Notes under the pieces: generated by a model
The model's input: only the letters and a program-made list of their open reading frames with translations
The model's database searches: none
Told to the model about the DNA's origin: nothing
Position numbers and translations under genes: made by a program
Part shown: one piece after another, positions 30,907 through 40,433 of the stretch
Layout of the letters: each line of letters opens with the position of its first letter
Numbering within the stretch: the first letter of the stretch is position 1
Source of the DNA: Hyalangium minutum
Lineage (GTDB): Bacteria; Myxococcota; Myxococcia; Myxococcales; Myxococcaceae
Assembly (NCBI RefSeq): GCF_000737315.1
Contig: NZ_JMCB01000013.1
Coordinates: forward strand, 310,001 to 374,000
Length of the DNA stretch: 64,000 nucleotides
Direction of reading: 5' to 3'

Positions 30907-31416
30907 TCACGGCGCTGGTAGGCAGGAGATCCCACTGTAGGCAGTGCCATAAGCATAACCGTCGACCAGCACCACGTAGGTGAGCAGGTTCCCGTTGTAG
31001 CTCTGGCCGTAGCAAGTCTTGTACGTGAAGTACCCGGCGTATGGCCAACCCCCCTGCTGGAGGTAGGCCCCGTCCAGCACGATGGGGGTACCGTTGGGAG
31101 CGCCCACGAGACTGTTCACGAAGCCCACGGCATCGCTGCTCCAGGTGAACGGTCCCTGGAACGAGTTGCAGTTCTTGCGGATCAGTCCATCCGAGCACTG
31201 GTAGTACACCTTGCCGAGCGCGGGACCGAAGCCGAAGTGGTCGTACACCTTGTACATGTTGAGGAACACATGGATGGCATAGCCACCCGAAGCATTCGCG
31301 CTCCAGTAGTTGACGAGGTGCTGGCGGCTCAGGAAGGGCCCTTCCTCGCTCTGCGCTGCAGCGCTCTGTGCGAGGAAGAGGGACAGAAAGAGGACGGGAA
31401 TACTCAGGCGGTTCAT
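30907..31416 (-). CDS. Secreted hypothetical protein
   Basis: Signal peptide (MNRLSIPVLFLSLFLAQSAAA); mature region rich in Tyr/Gly/Cys. Confidence 0.7.
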   Translation of the reverse strand: MNRLSIPVLFLSLFLAQSAAAQSEEGPFLSRQHLVNYWSANASGGYAIHVFLNMYKVYDHFGFGPALGKVYYQCSDGLIRKNCNSFQGPFTWSSDAVGFVNSLVGAPNGTPIVLDGAYLQQGGWPYAGYFTYKTCYGQSYNGNLLTYVVLVDGYAYGTAYSGISCLPAP

Positions 31417-31681
31417 GGTGACTCCAGAAGGTGCATCAGCTCCAAGCGTGAAGCTGAGCGCCTGCTAGTCGAGTCGGGCGAGCCTGTACACGAGGGGAAA
31501 CCCGTAAGACGAAGCCCCAGCCTGTGTTACGCACCATCTGGAGGCTCGCGCCGCAAGCCTCCGCTCACGTCCGCCCATCCGGGCTTCCGAGACGTGGACA
31601 ACCCATGGAGCGGAGCCCCCGCCATGGGCTTCACGGCTTGGCACGGCGCCTCATTGGCGGGCTGGGTCTCATCGCGTAAAA

Positions 31682-32335
31682 CTACTGCGACTGCGCACTC
31701 GTTTCGGTTTGGGCAGAAGAGATCAGGTCGACAAGCTCTTGAGTGGTAACAATGGCACTGGCGTAGTTCGGGAGATTGACGTTGAGAGCGGCGTGCATCG
31801 CCTCATCCGAGTAATCCGCCGTCGCGTCTCTGACCATTGTGACGTCGTAGCCGAGCTCTGCTGCAAACCGCACGGTCGCTTCGATGCAGGTATGTGCGAT
31901 GAGTCCCATGACGATGAGCTGATGGATGCCGTGCCTCTTGAGCTGCAAATCCAAATCTGTGTTGGCGAAGCCACTGGAACACCAATGCTCCGTAGCGACA
32001 ATCTCGCCTGGCTGAGGCTCGAACCCGGGACGGAGCTCGCCACCCCATGTGCCGTATTCGAAGGTTCTTCGCACCCATGCGGCCTTCTGAACGGGCGCAA
32101 TGTACTTCCAGGTCTCGTAGTCGCCCGGACGGTATCGATGATGCAGCGCATAGAAGACCCGTAGCTTCGCCTTCCGTACGGCATTCAGGACCTGCAGCAT
32201 ATGAGGAACGCAGTCATTCGCTTCGGCAACAGCTCGAATGCGTTCCCATGCCTTGCCTCCCTCGGAAATGAAGTCGTTATACGGATCGACCACCAGAAGT
32301 GCAGTGATCTCCTTGTCATAAGTGTGTCTCGCCAT
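31682..32335 (-). CDS. Isochorismatase / cysteine hydrolase family protein
   Basis: LLVVDPYNDF, SGFANTDLDLQL and AHTCIEATVR catalytic Cys motif; lower GC than the flanks. Confidence 0.88.
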   Translation of the reverse strand: MARHTYDKEITALLVVDPYNDFISEGGKAWERIRAVAEANDCVPHMLQVLNAVRKAKLRVFYALHHRYRPGDYETWKYIAPVQKAAWVRRTFEYGTWGGELRPGFEPQPGEIVATEHWCSSGFANTDLDLQLKRHGIHQLIVMGLIAHTCIEATVRFAAELGYDVTMVRDATADYSDEAMHAALNVNLPNYASAIVTTQELVDLISSAQTETSAQSQ

Positions 32336-32629
32336 GGTGTCCCTTCACCCAGGCGTAATCTGGCCATCACAAGCAATATCCATTCAGGGCTGCCCACAAG
32401 CCCACGCCCTGCTGCCTGCCGTCTGGGTGGGCAGTCACCCCTGTCGGGCAGGGCGGCAATGGCCGCATCAGCCTGGCCCGGTCCAGCAGCTCGTGGACGC
32501 GAGCGGCCAGCGAGACGTGCTCCGGGTTGGCCGCCGGAGCATCGAGGCCATGAAGCGGCTGGGCAGGCAGCGTGCGCAGCAGAGCTTGGCGCCCTATCTC
32601 CACACGGTGACCCAGAGACGACCGTCGGA

Positions 32630-33454
32630 TCAGAGGATCTCCACGTTGAAGGCCATGCCGGCGATGGGCTTGAAGTCATCGAAGTACACGCGCCACTTCG
32701 TCCCGTCGTAGTACACGCTGGCGGGGCTGTTGTTGTAGATGGCCGCGGCCGACCAGTTCTTCGTGATGATGATCATCGCGCTAGGGTTGCCGTTGAGCAG
32801 CGGGTGGTCGATGACGGCCGTGTGGCCCGTGGTGCTGCTCGGCACCACGGCGGTGAAGGAGAAGCGGCTGGCCGTCGAGATGTTGACGCTGAAGGCCATG
32901 CCCGAGCTCATCGCGACGGTGGTGTTTTCGTTGAAGATGGCCCACTTCGCCCGCGAGCTGTCGTACCACACGCCGATGTCGCTCTTGTTGTAGGTGCCCT
33001 TCCAGTGGTGCGTCGCCGTCACGATGGCATTGGGGTTGCCGTTGGACAGCGGGTTGTTGATGTACGTGATGTGGCCGATGGTGTTGGCCGCCGTGACGGA
33101 GTGCACGAATCCCTCGCCCACCGCCACGTTGAAGGACGCATCCAGCGGCATCTGGCAGGTGGTGTCCTGGTTGAAAATGCCCCAGAAGCCGCTCGCGTAG
33201 TACACGCCGACGATGCAGTTGAGGTACACGCCCGGCAGCCCCGGCGGGTTCCAGTTGTGCGTCACCCGGATGACGGCGTTCGGATCATTCAACACGCTCG
33301 GGCGGCTGACGAAGGTGATGTGGCCGCTCTTGTTCGCAACCGTGGTGCGGTGGACGAACGAGCGCTGGGCCGTCTGGGCCTGCGCGGCGGTGGACACGCC
33401 GAGGGCAAGGACGACGGCGCTCAGCAGGGACGGCATGTTTTTGAGAGACTTCAT
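32630..33454 (-). CDS. Secreted protein with three internal FVH...GH.T.I..P..NGNP.A repeats (DUF7452-like)
   Basis: Signal peptide and three homologous segments of about 80 aa. The family name is recalled, not verified. Confidence 0.7.
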   Translation of the reverse strand: MKSLKNMPSLLSAVVLALGVSTAAQAQTAQRSFVHRTTVANKSGHITFVSRPSVLNDPNAVIRVTHNWNPPGLPGVYLNCIVGVYYASGFWGIFNQDTTCQMPLDASFNVAVGEGFVHSVTAANTIGHITYINNPLSNGNPNAIVTATHHWKGTYNKSDIGVWYDSSRAKWAIFNENTTVAMSSGMAFSVNISTASRFSFTAVVPSSTTGHTAVIDHPLLNGNPSAMIIITKNWSAAAIYNNSPASVYYDGTKWRVYFDDFKPIAGMAFNVEIL

Positions 33455-33500
33455 GAAGAGCTTCCTGGTCTGCGGGATGGATTTCCCGCCAGAGACCAGG

Positions 33501-33517
33501 AGCACTTGGCGTGCCAA
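33501..33517 (-). promoter_or_regulatory. Sigma54-type promoter (proximal)
   Basis: Minus strand reads TTGGCACGCCAAGTGCT, with GG and GC at -24/-12 spacing, 47 bp before ATG 33454. Confidence 0.6.
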
Positions 33518-33558
33518 AGCCTGGAAGCAGGTGGAGTCCGTCCCGCTGTAGGAAAAGG

Positions 33559-33597
33559 AGTCCACAATGCCAAACCCTCGCCGCAGGATTGTGGACT
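33559..33597. promoter_or_regulatory. Candidate enhancer (UAS) inverted repeat
   Basis: AGTCCACAAT-N19-ATTGTGGACT, about 70-105 bp upstream of the predicted start site of the proximal promoter. Confidence 0.45.
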
Positions 33598-33700
33598 GGC
33601 GGGACACGACGGCGGAGCGCATAGGAATCGGGGTGCTGTTGAAGGGAACGGGCGGTATCGGAGATCGGCAACGCCTACCGGAAGGGAGGGCGGAAGATCA

Positions 33701-33717
33701 GCATCGGCTGTGCCAAG
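33701..33717 (-). promoter_or_regulatory. Sigma54-type promoter (distal)
   Basis: Minus strand reads TTGGCACAGCCGATGCT, with correct -24/-12 spacing. Confidence 0.5.
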
Positions 33718-33785
33718 CCGAACTGCTGCTGCGAGCCTTCGGGGTGCGGATGAGGTAGACGTGTGTTGCCGCCCTACGAGCATGA

Positions 33786-33840
33786 CTGTTCGGAGATGTC
33801 GGGACTTTTTGCGTTCAAAACCCCCGACATTTCCGAACAG
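33786..33840. terminator. Long hairpin downstream of the 34309-33860 gene
   Basis: CTGTTCGGAGATGTCGGG / CCCGACATTTCCGAACAG, an 18-bp stem with one mismatch, plus inner TTTTG/CAAAA. Confidence 0.6.
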
Positions 33841-33859
33841 CCAGCCAGCGAGTTCGGTC

Positions 33860-34309
33860 CTAGCGAGCGCGACAGAAAATGGGGAGAGTAGTGCCGAAGC
33901 AACCATTGCTAAAGAGGTTTGATAAGACGACGTTGTTCGCGTCCAGCCGCCAGTACTGGTGGCGCCATTCTCCACTGGGGCAGGTGTCATCATCTGGAGC
34001 GAGGGTTCCAGTGTAGAACATGAATCCCCCCCAGCGCACTCCAAGCTGGGGATTGTCGCCTTCAACGACAAAGGGGAGCCTGTTGTAGATTCGCATACCG
34101 GTGTTCCAGTACGAGCAGGTCACGAGCTGGGGCTCGGTGGTGTTGTATTGCATACCATATTCGTAGTGAGTGCTTGGGTAGCCCGGAAGCTGACAGTTCG
34201 CGTTGATTTGAGAGAGGTTGCCGCAGGCAACCCAGCTTGCCGCAGAGGCTGGAACAGCCGCGAGCAGAACTCCCATGGACAGTCCCCATCGAATCGCAAG
34301 ACCCTTCAT
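33860..34309 (-). CDS. Secreted Cys-containing hypothetical protein
   Basis: AGGAG RBS, signal peptide ending in ASA, and six Cys in the mature region. Confidence 0.7.
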   Translation of the reverse strand: MKGLAIRWGLSMGVLLAAVPASAASWVACGNLSQINANCQLPGYPSTHYEYGMQYNTTEPQLVTCSYWNTGMRIYNRLPFVVEGDNPQLGVRWGGFMFYTGTLAPDDDTCPSGEWRHQYWRLDANNVVLSNLFSNGCFGTTLPIFCRAR

Positions 34310-34649
34310 TGGTTTCTCCTTGCAAGGGTAAAGCAACCTTGCAAAGCCAAAATGAAAACGGAGTGCATGGCGTGCAAGAGCCTACTTCCACTCTCACCGG
34401 GCACTGAACTCCCTCCAGGCCCTGGGTACGTGTAAGGATTCAACTCCCTGCTGATCTCAGTTCACGGCACGTTGGAGTATCGTTTCCACCCGCATTGGGA
34501 AGCGGGGAACGTTCCAAGTCCTGGAATGATGGAGCGGCCGCCTACTCTTGTCCTCCACAGAACGGGTCAGGAGTTGTTGTGTTGAGCTCAATGCCTCTCT
34601 CTGCGACTCAGGGGCGGCAGTGACCCCCATCTGTGGAGGAATCAACCGC

Positions 34650-37600
34650 ATGCGCAGTGCCTTATCACCTCATGAGCGCAGGTCCTGTCGTTTACCCTCG
34701 AGAGCTCACATCATCTTGGCTGTGGCTGGTGTGGTGATGCTCTGGGGTTGCATGGATTCAGAACGCACTCCATCGTCTGCGCCAGTCAATCAATCCTATT
34801 CTCTGGTGACCATTGCCGACCCTGGCACGCTGCCAGCGGACACGGCGTTCATCAATGCGCCCGTTACGAGCACTGTCTATGTCGCCAAGACGGGCTGCCC
34901 GGGCCCCCAGGATGTCTGCCAGGAGTCCAACAACGGTATGACCCGGCAAACCGCCAAACCCCGAATCGATCTGGCCATTCCTCTGGTCCAGCCTGGCGGG
35001 GAGATACGCGTCTATCCCTCGGAGACCCCATACGAGGAGTATCTCTATATACCGCTGCAGCAGGCGGGCTCGTCGGCAACCCCCAAGTTCATCATCGGGG
35101 TGCCAGATGCCATGGGCAAGATGCCACGGATTGTGCCCAAATTTGTCGATGGCCGCTTCAGGTCCATCTTCAACCTGGAGACCTCCTACTGGATCATCAA
35201 AGGCGTGGACATTGATTGTATGGACCAGCGTGTCAGCGGCGTTGTCCCGCTGAGAGGAGACCACCTGGCCTTGCTGGACTCCGAGGTCCATCACTGCCGG
35301 CAATCCGCTGTGCTGGTGCGTGGCTCGAAGGACGTGGTGATTCGCAACAACGTGCTGCATCACAACCAGGATTTCCAGGGGGTGGATTCGGACCTTCGCT
35401 ATGACTCCAGCGGCGTGGATATGGAGTCATGGTTCCTGCGGGACGCCTCCAATGCGATCATCGTGAGCAGCATCACCCCCACGGAGCGAGTCCTTATCGA
35501 GCGGAATACGGCCTATGCCAACTCCGGTGATGGTGTTCAGTGTCAGGGAGGGGAAGCCCCAGGTGGGACATACTACCCGGAGATGAATTCACGCGATGTG
35601 ACCATCCGCGACAACCTCTTCCACGACAATCTCGAGAACGCCGTCGATATCAAGTCGTGCCTTCGTGTGTCGATTACGGGGAGCAATCAGTTCTACGGGT
35701 ATGATCATTCAGGACGCAATGGCGGGCGCTGTGGCGGTTCCGCGGTGATCGTGCACTTCAACGCATCCAAGGTCCTCGTCGAGGGGGCTCGCATCCACGA
35801 CAGCGGCATTGGCGTTGAGCTGGGAAGCGACCAGCTGGGAGCGGTGCAGGACATCATCATCCGCCGCAACTCCATCTACCGGATGAACCAAAACTACTCG
35901 CGCTGGGCGGCAGGGGATGCTCCGGGCGGGAGGACAGGGTACGAGTGGAAGGTGAACTGCGGTGACGGCATCAAGGTCAATCGCGCCCAGCGCGCCGAGA
36001 TCTACCACAACACGCTGGATAACCTGCTTCATTCCGGTATCAAAATCCGCTCCATCCTCGCGGATACGGAGACGGTGCGTGTCTGGAACAACATCATCTC
36101 GGACGTGAGCGGGCTCAACTACATCGATGAGACGCAGTTCCCTTCGACGTATCCGCTTCCCCCGAGCTACGTTCCGGCCCGCTATGGCCACGAGCATGGC
36201 GGATACCTGGACTACGACCGGTCCAGTTCCCTGTCGGGGTTGGTGAGCGAGTACAACCTCTTCCACAAGGGAGATGGGACTTCCTTGCTCTATCGCTACT
36301 GCCCGCCCTCGGGCTCTTGCACTCAGCAGAGCCTGGCGACGTTCCGCACGTCATCCAGTCTCGATCTGGCGCCCAACAGCCAGGAGACGCCTGCTAACTC
36401 CACCCTCTTCGTCGCTCTGCCTGATTCCAACGGCTACTTCACGCAATCCGGAACGCTCGCGCGGAACACCGCGCTGGTGGATGCTGGCAACTCCGGCCAG
36501 GACTGCGCGAGTGCTCCGGACAAGGGGGCGCTCGAGAGCGACTGCGCGCGGGAGTGGACCCCGTACTCCGCGCCCCTGAGTGCGTCGACGGGAGTGACCT
36601 CAGGCTCGGCTCCCTCTCTCCAGGTGGATGCTTCTGGCCTGCCCGTGGTCGCTTGGTCCGAGGCTGAAGGCGAGGCTCGTGCCATTCATGTGCGGCGCCT
36701 GGTGGGCGGAATCTGGCAGCCGATAGGAGATCCCCTGAGCGCGAGCACGGGGAGTGGTACGCACGCGGAGACTCCTCAGTTGGTGCTGAATGCTCAGGGC
36801 CATCCCGTGGTGGCATGGTCCGAGTCCAATGGCACGGGTGCCCAGGTCCATGTCTGGGCGTGGACCGGAAGCCAATGGACGCCGTACGGGGGAGGGCTCA
36901 GAGTGACCTCCTCCGGCTATGCGTTCAACCCGTCGCTGAAGCTCGATGCCTCGGGCGATCCCGTGGTCGCTTGGCGAGAGTCTCCCAATGGCCAGTATTA
37001 CAACGGGACCATTCACGTCAGCCGCTGGAACAACGGTTCCTGGAGCAGCGTGGGAGGGGCCGTGCTCTCCATGGGGGATGCCTTCGAGGCTCCTTCGCTC
37101 GAGATGGGTGGCGACGATGAGCCACGCGTGGCTTGGTCCGCCTTTAACGGCGTGGAATGGAGGATCTTCGTAGCGGGCTGGACTGGGACGGCGTGGCAAG
37201 CCGTCGGCTCGGACGGCATCAATGCGCTCACGGAGGTGGGGACTGGCGGTTCCTCACCCTCCCTGAAGATTGACGGTTCGGGGCGGCCGCTCGTCGCATT
37301 CAGTGAGTCCATGGCGAACGAGGACGAGACCTGGGTCTTCTTGTTCCGATGGAATGGCACCTCGTGGGACGACCTGGGCGGGAAGCTGAACGGTGATGTG
37401 GCGGGAGACCCCGACCTGTGGGAGCAAGGTAATTGGCCTGTGCTGGAATTGGATGGCGTCGGCAATGCGTACGTCGCCTACCGTTCTTCTTTCTCGGATT
37501 ATCGGAGCTCTCCCTACAGCCATTGGAGCACCGACTTCATCAAGGTGCGGGATGCTTCGACGGGGGCATGGACCACGCTCAGCTCCTGGTTCATCCCGGA

Positions 37601-37739
37601 CTCGGGACCGCCGCGCGCCTTCCGCGTCAGGGCGTCAGGGGAGCCCTTCATCGCCATGGAGAAGGTCACACAGCCATGGGTCCCGTACTCCAACGGGGTG
37701 AGCGGCATCGAGGTGACACATTGGGCTCCCTGGCTCTGA
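34650..37739 (+). CDS. Right-handed parallel beta-helix lipoprotein with a C-terminal 7-repeat propeller-like domain
   Basis: Lipobox LWGC; PbH1-type repeats (VVIRNNVLHHN, VTIRDNLFHDN, IYHNT); seven PSL..D..G.P.VAW.E repeats. The start is uncertain. Confidence 0.78.
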   Translation: MRSALSPHERRSCRLPSRAHIILAVAGVVMLWGCMDSERTPSSAPVNQSYSLVTIADPGTLPADTAFINAPVTSTVYVAKTGCPGPQDVCQESNNGMTRQTAKPRIDLAIPLVQPGGEIRVYPSETPYEEYLYIPLQQAGSSATPKFIIGVPDAMGKMPRIVPKFVDGRFRSIFNLETSYWIIKGVDIDCMDQRVSGVVPLRGDHLALLDSEVHHCRQSAVLVRGSKDVVIRNNVLHHNQDFQGVDSDLRYDSSGVDMESWFLRDASNAIIVSSITPTERVLIERNTAYANSGDGVQCQGGEAPGGTYYPEMNSRDVTIRDNLFHDNLENAVDIKSCLRVSITGSNQFYGYDHSGRNGGRCGGSAVIVHFNASKVLVEGARIHDSGIGVELGSDQLGAVQDIIIRRNSIYRMNQNYSRWAAGDAPGGRTGYEWKVNCGDGIKVNRAQRAEIYHNTLDNLLHSGIKIRSILADTETVRVWNNIISDVSGLNYIDETQFPSTYPLPPSYVPARYGHEHGGYLDYDRSSSLSGLVSEYNLFHKGDGTSLLYRYCPPSGSCTQQSLATFRTSSSLDLAPNSQETPANSTLFVALPDSNGYFTQSGTLARNTALVDAGNSGQDCASAPDKGALESDCAREWTPYSAPLSASTGVTSGSAPSLQVDASGLPVVAWSEAEGEARAIHVRRLVGGIWQPIGDPLSASTGSGTHAETPQLVLNAQGHPVVAWSESNGTGAQVHVWAWTGSQWTPYGGGLRVTSSGYAFNPSLKLDASGDPVVAWRESPNGQYYNGTIHVSRWNNGSWSSVGGAVLSMGDAFEAPSLEMGGDDEPRVAWSAFNGVEWRIFVAGWTGTAWQAVGSDGINALTEVGTGGSSPSLKIDGSGRPLVAFSESMANEDETWVFLFRWNGTSWDDLGGKLNGDVAGDPDLWEQGNWPVLELDGVGNAYVAYRSSFSDYRSSPYSHWSTDFIKVRDASTGAWTTLSSWFIPDSGPPRAFRVRASGEPFIAMEKVTQPWVPYSNGVSGIEVTHWAPWL

Positions 37740-37786
37740 AGCCCGCGCTCATGTCTTGGGAGGGGTAACTCGCTCAAGTAGGTGAG

Positions 37787-37824
37787 GAGCCGAGGCCAGA
37801 AGGGGTGAGCTCTGGCCTCGGCTC
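37787..37824. terminator. Hairpin between convergent genes
   Basis: GAGCCGAGGCCAGA / TCTGGCCTCGGCTC, a perfect 14-bp stem. Confidence 0.65.
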
Positions 37825-37876
37825 TTGTCCACAGCGGGCGGCGTCCACGCTCGCCAGCGATCTCAGCCCAGGCCGA

Positions 37877-38665
37877 TTACCAGCCGCTCACAGGGGAGAT
37901 GGGCTGGATCACGCAGAAGGCTGCTCCCGTGGGATCCACGAGCACTGCCATGCGCCCATAGGGCGTGTCGAACGGCGGCGCCATCACCTGGCCGCCGAGC
38001 CCCTCCGCATTCTTCACCGTCGCGTCTGCGTCCGTGACGGCGAAGTAGACGTTCCAGTGCGAAGGCACCTCGGGCGGGAACTGCGCGGTCATCTGCATCG
38101 ACCCGAAGACCGTCGTCCCGTCCTTCTGCAGCGTCCAGTAGTCGATGCCGGGAGCATCCAGGCGCTTCTTCTCCAGCCCGAACACCTGCGTGTAGAACGC
38201 GTGGGCCTTGGCGAGGTCGCGCGTGTACACCTCGTGCCAGACCATGGCGCCGGTTTCTTCGATGACCTGCGCACCCTGGTGCCTCCGGCCCTGCCACACA
38301 CCGAAGTGCGCCCCGGTCGGATCGGCGAAGTACGCCATCCGGCCTTCCTCCATCACGTCCATCGGAGGGACCACCACTTTGCCGCCCGCCTCCGTAATCT
38401 TGCGGGCGATGGCGTCGGCGTCCTCGACGGCCAGGTAGAGGCTCCACATCGGAGGAAACGGCGAGCCCTCGCGCAGCTTGGCCAGGCCCGCGACGTTGCG
38501 GCCCCCGAGCTGCGCCATCGTATAGAACCCAGTGTTCGGATCGTCGCCGCCCACGAACGTCCACCCGAGCAGCTCGCCGTAGAACTTCCGCGCCTTGGCG
38601 GGATCCGGCGTCTGCAAATCGACCCAGGACACCGTCGAGGGAGCTGCCTTCTCACGCTTCGCCAT
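37877..38665 (-). CDS. Two-domain VOC/glyoxalase family protein
   Basis: WVDLQTPD...FYGELLGW; GRMAYFADPTGA and GRMAVLVDPTGA duplicated. Confidence 0.88.
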   Translation of the reverse strand: MAKREKAAPSTVSWVDLQTPDPAKARKFYGELLGWTFVGGDDPNTGFYTMAQLGGRNVAGLAKLREGSPFPPMWSLYLAVEDADAIARKITEAGGKVVVPPMDVMEEGRMAYFADPTGAHFGVWQGRRHQGAQVIEETGAMVWHEVYTRDLAKAHAFYTQVFGLEKKRLDAPGIDYWTLQKDGTTVFGSMQMTAQFPPEVPSHWNVYFAVTDADATVKNAEGLGGQVMAPPFDTPYGRMAVLVDPTGAAFCVIQPISPVSGW

Positions 38666-38852
38666 GCCTGCCTCCAGGTTCAGAAAGGGGGCGTCTGAAA
38701 CCCCCTGGGGCCTTCCAGGTTAGTCCTGAAATACTTCGTCACATTCACGAAACAATCGTGTCACGGCCTCTTGGCAGGGTGTCGCCTCGAAGCATCAGCA
38801 CCGGCAGGGCGCCGGTCCTGAAGCGGGACATCTGACCCCCGAGGAGAGCCGT

Positions 38853-40433
38853 ATGCACGGAGTTTCGCGACTGCGCTTGTTGGCCGCGCTCATGTTCTTC
38901 ACCGTCGCCTGTGGTGACGGCCGGCCCGAAGGCTGGACCGAGGAGTCGCACGGCAAGAAGGCCCAGCCCGCCTACGGCACTGTCTTTCCCTCGGATCAAG
39001 TTCAGCGGCTCGACATCGTCATCTCCGCCGCGGACTGGCAGGCGATGCAGGACGACATGACGGCCATGGTCGGCGCCTTCGGCTCGGGGGGCGGCCTGCC
39101 TGGCGGAGGAGGTGGCATGCCTGGCGGAGGAGGTGGCGCGCCTCCCGTGGAGCTGACGGCGGCCTGCCAGGACAAGGCAGAGGGCGAGGCCTGCACCGCG
39201 ACCTTCAATGGCACCACGTTCACGTCCACCTGCGGAAAGACCCCGGATGGGGCCACCCTGCTGTGCAGGCCGATGGGGGGACCAGGGGGGGGCGGCGGCG
39301 CTCCCGGCGGTGCTCCCGGAGGAGGGGGCGGCGGCGTGGATCTCATCCCGAACACGCCCATCTATGTGCCCTCGACGGTGATGTTCAACGGCAAGACGTG
39401 GTGGCACGTGGGCATCCGCTACAAGGGCAACTCCACGCTCTCGAGCGGCTGGCGCTCGGGCGTGAGCAAGCTGCCCTTCCGGCTCAACTTCGACAAGTTC
39501 GAGGACGAGCATCCCGAGATCGAGGGCCAGCACTTCTACGGCTTCAGCAAGCTCTCCCTCTCCAGCAACCAGGGCGATGTGTCGTACATCCGGGACCATG
39601 TCGCCTCGGATACGTTCCTCGCCGCCGGGGTGCCCGCAGCCCGTACTGGCTTCATGGCCGTGTATGTGGACCACGGCGAGGGGGCCCAGTACTTCGGGCT
39701 CTACACCGTCGCCGAGGATCCGCAGTCCTCGCTGCTCGACAGCCACTTCGGCAACCACGATGGCGCGCTCTATGAGGCGGACGGTGTGGGCGCCCGGTGG
39801 GGCACCTTCGACGAGGCCTCCTTCGAGGCGCAGTCGGATGCGGCCGAGCAGGGCTGGGAGAGCGTGCAGGCCGCCATCGCCGCGCTGAACGCCGACCGCA
39901 GTGACGCGGCGGCCTGGCGCGCGGGGCTTGAGGCGAGGCTGGACGTGGATGGCTTCCTGCAGTGGCTGGCCGTCAACACGGTGCTGATGAACTGGGACAG
40001 CTACGGTTCCATGCCGCACAACTACTACCTCTACGCGGACCCGACGGATGGGAACCGGCTGCACTGGATCACCTGGGATCACAACCTGTCCATGACCTCG
40101 CGCCAGGGGCTCTCGCTGACGCTCTCCGAGGTGACTCAGGACTGGCCCCTCATCCGCTACCTGATGGACGACCCGGTCTACAAGCCGCGCTACGAGCAGT
40201 ACGTGCGCGAGTCCGTTCAGGGCCCGTTGGCCGCGGCCACGATGAAGGAGCGCATGCAGCAGGCGCATGACCTCATCGCGCCCTGGGTCACCGGAGAGAA
40301 CGCCGAGGTGCAGGGCTTCACCTACACCAGCGCGGATCAATTCAATACCTCGCTCACCGGAACCGCGGGCCTCTTCAGCTTCGCCGAGCAGCGTGAGGCG
40401 GCCGTGCGGACCACCTTCGGTACCACCCCATGA
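38853..40433 (+). CDS. CotH kinase family lipoprotein
   Basis: Lipobox FTVAC, GIRYKGNS, KLPFRLNFDK, YFGLYT, NWDSY..MPHNYYLY and WDHNLS; Gly/Pro-rich inserts. Confidence 0.85.
   Translation: MHGVSRLRLLAALMFFTVACGDGRPEGWTEESHGKKAQPAYGTVFPSDQVQRLDIVISAADWQAMQDDMTAMVGAFGSGGGLPGGGGGMPGGGGGAPPVELTAACQDKAEGEACTATFNGTTFTSTCGKTPDGATLLCRPMGGPGGGGGAPGGAPGGGGGGVDLIPNTPIYVPSTVMFNGKTWWHVGIRYKGNSTLSSGWRSGVSKLPFRLNFDKFEDEHPEIEGQHFYGFSKLSLSSNQGDVSYIRDHVASDTFLAAGVPAARTGFMAVYVDHGEGAQYFGLYTVAEDPQSSLLDSHFGNHDGALYEADGVGARWGTFDEASFEAQSDAAEQGWESVQAAIAALNADRSDAAAWRAGLEARLDVDGFLQWLAVNTVLMNWDSYGSMPHNYYLYADPTDGNRLHWITWDHNLSMTSRQGLSLTLSEVTQDWPLIRYLMDDPVYKPRYEQYVRESVQGPLAAATMKERMQQAHDLIAPWVTGENAEVQGFTYTSADQFNTSLTGTAGLFSFAEQREAAVRTTFGTTP

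Noticed and set aside
32367-32603. Coding-like fragment between the isochorismatase and repeat-protein genes
   Set aside because: It is GC3-biased over about 40 codons but has no RBS or identifiable family; at most an unassignable remnant.
38771-38786. Sigma54 promoter for the CotH operon (TTGGCAGGGTGTCGCC)
   Set aside because: The GG-GC spacing is one base short of the strict -24/-12 requirement.
39090-39340. Gly-rich 21-bp duplications in the CotH gene as a separate repeat element
   Set aside because: This is ordinary low-complexity linker sequence within the coding region.
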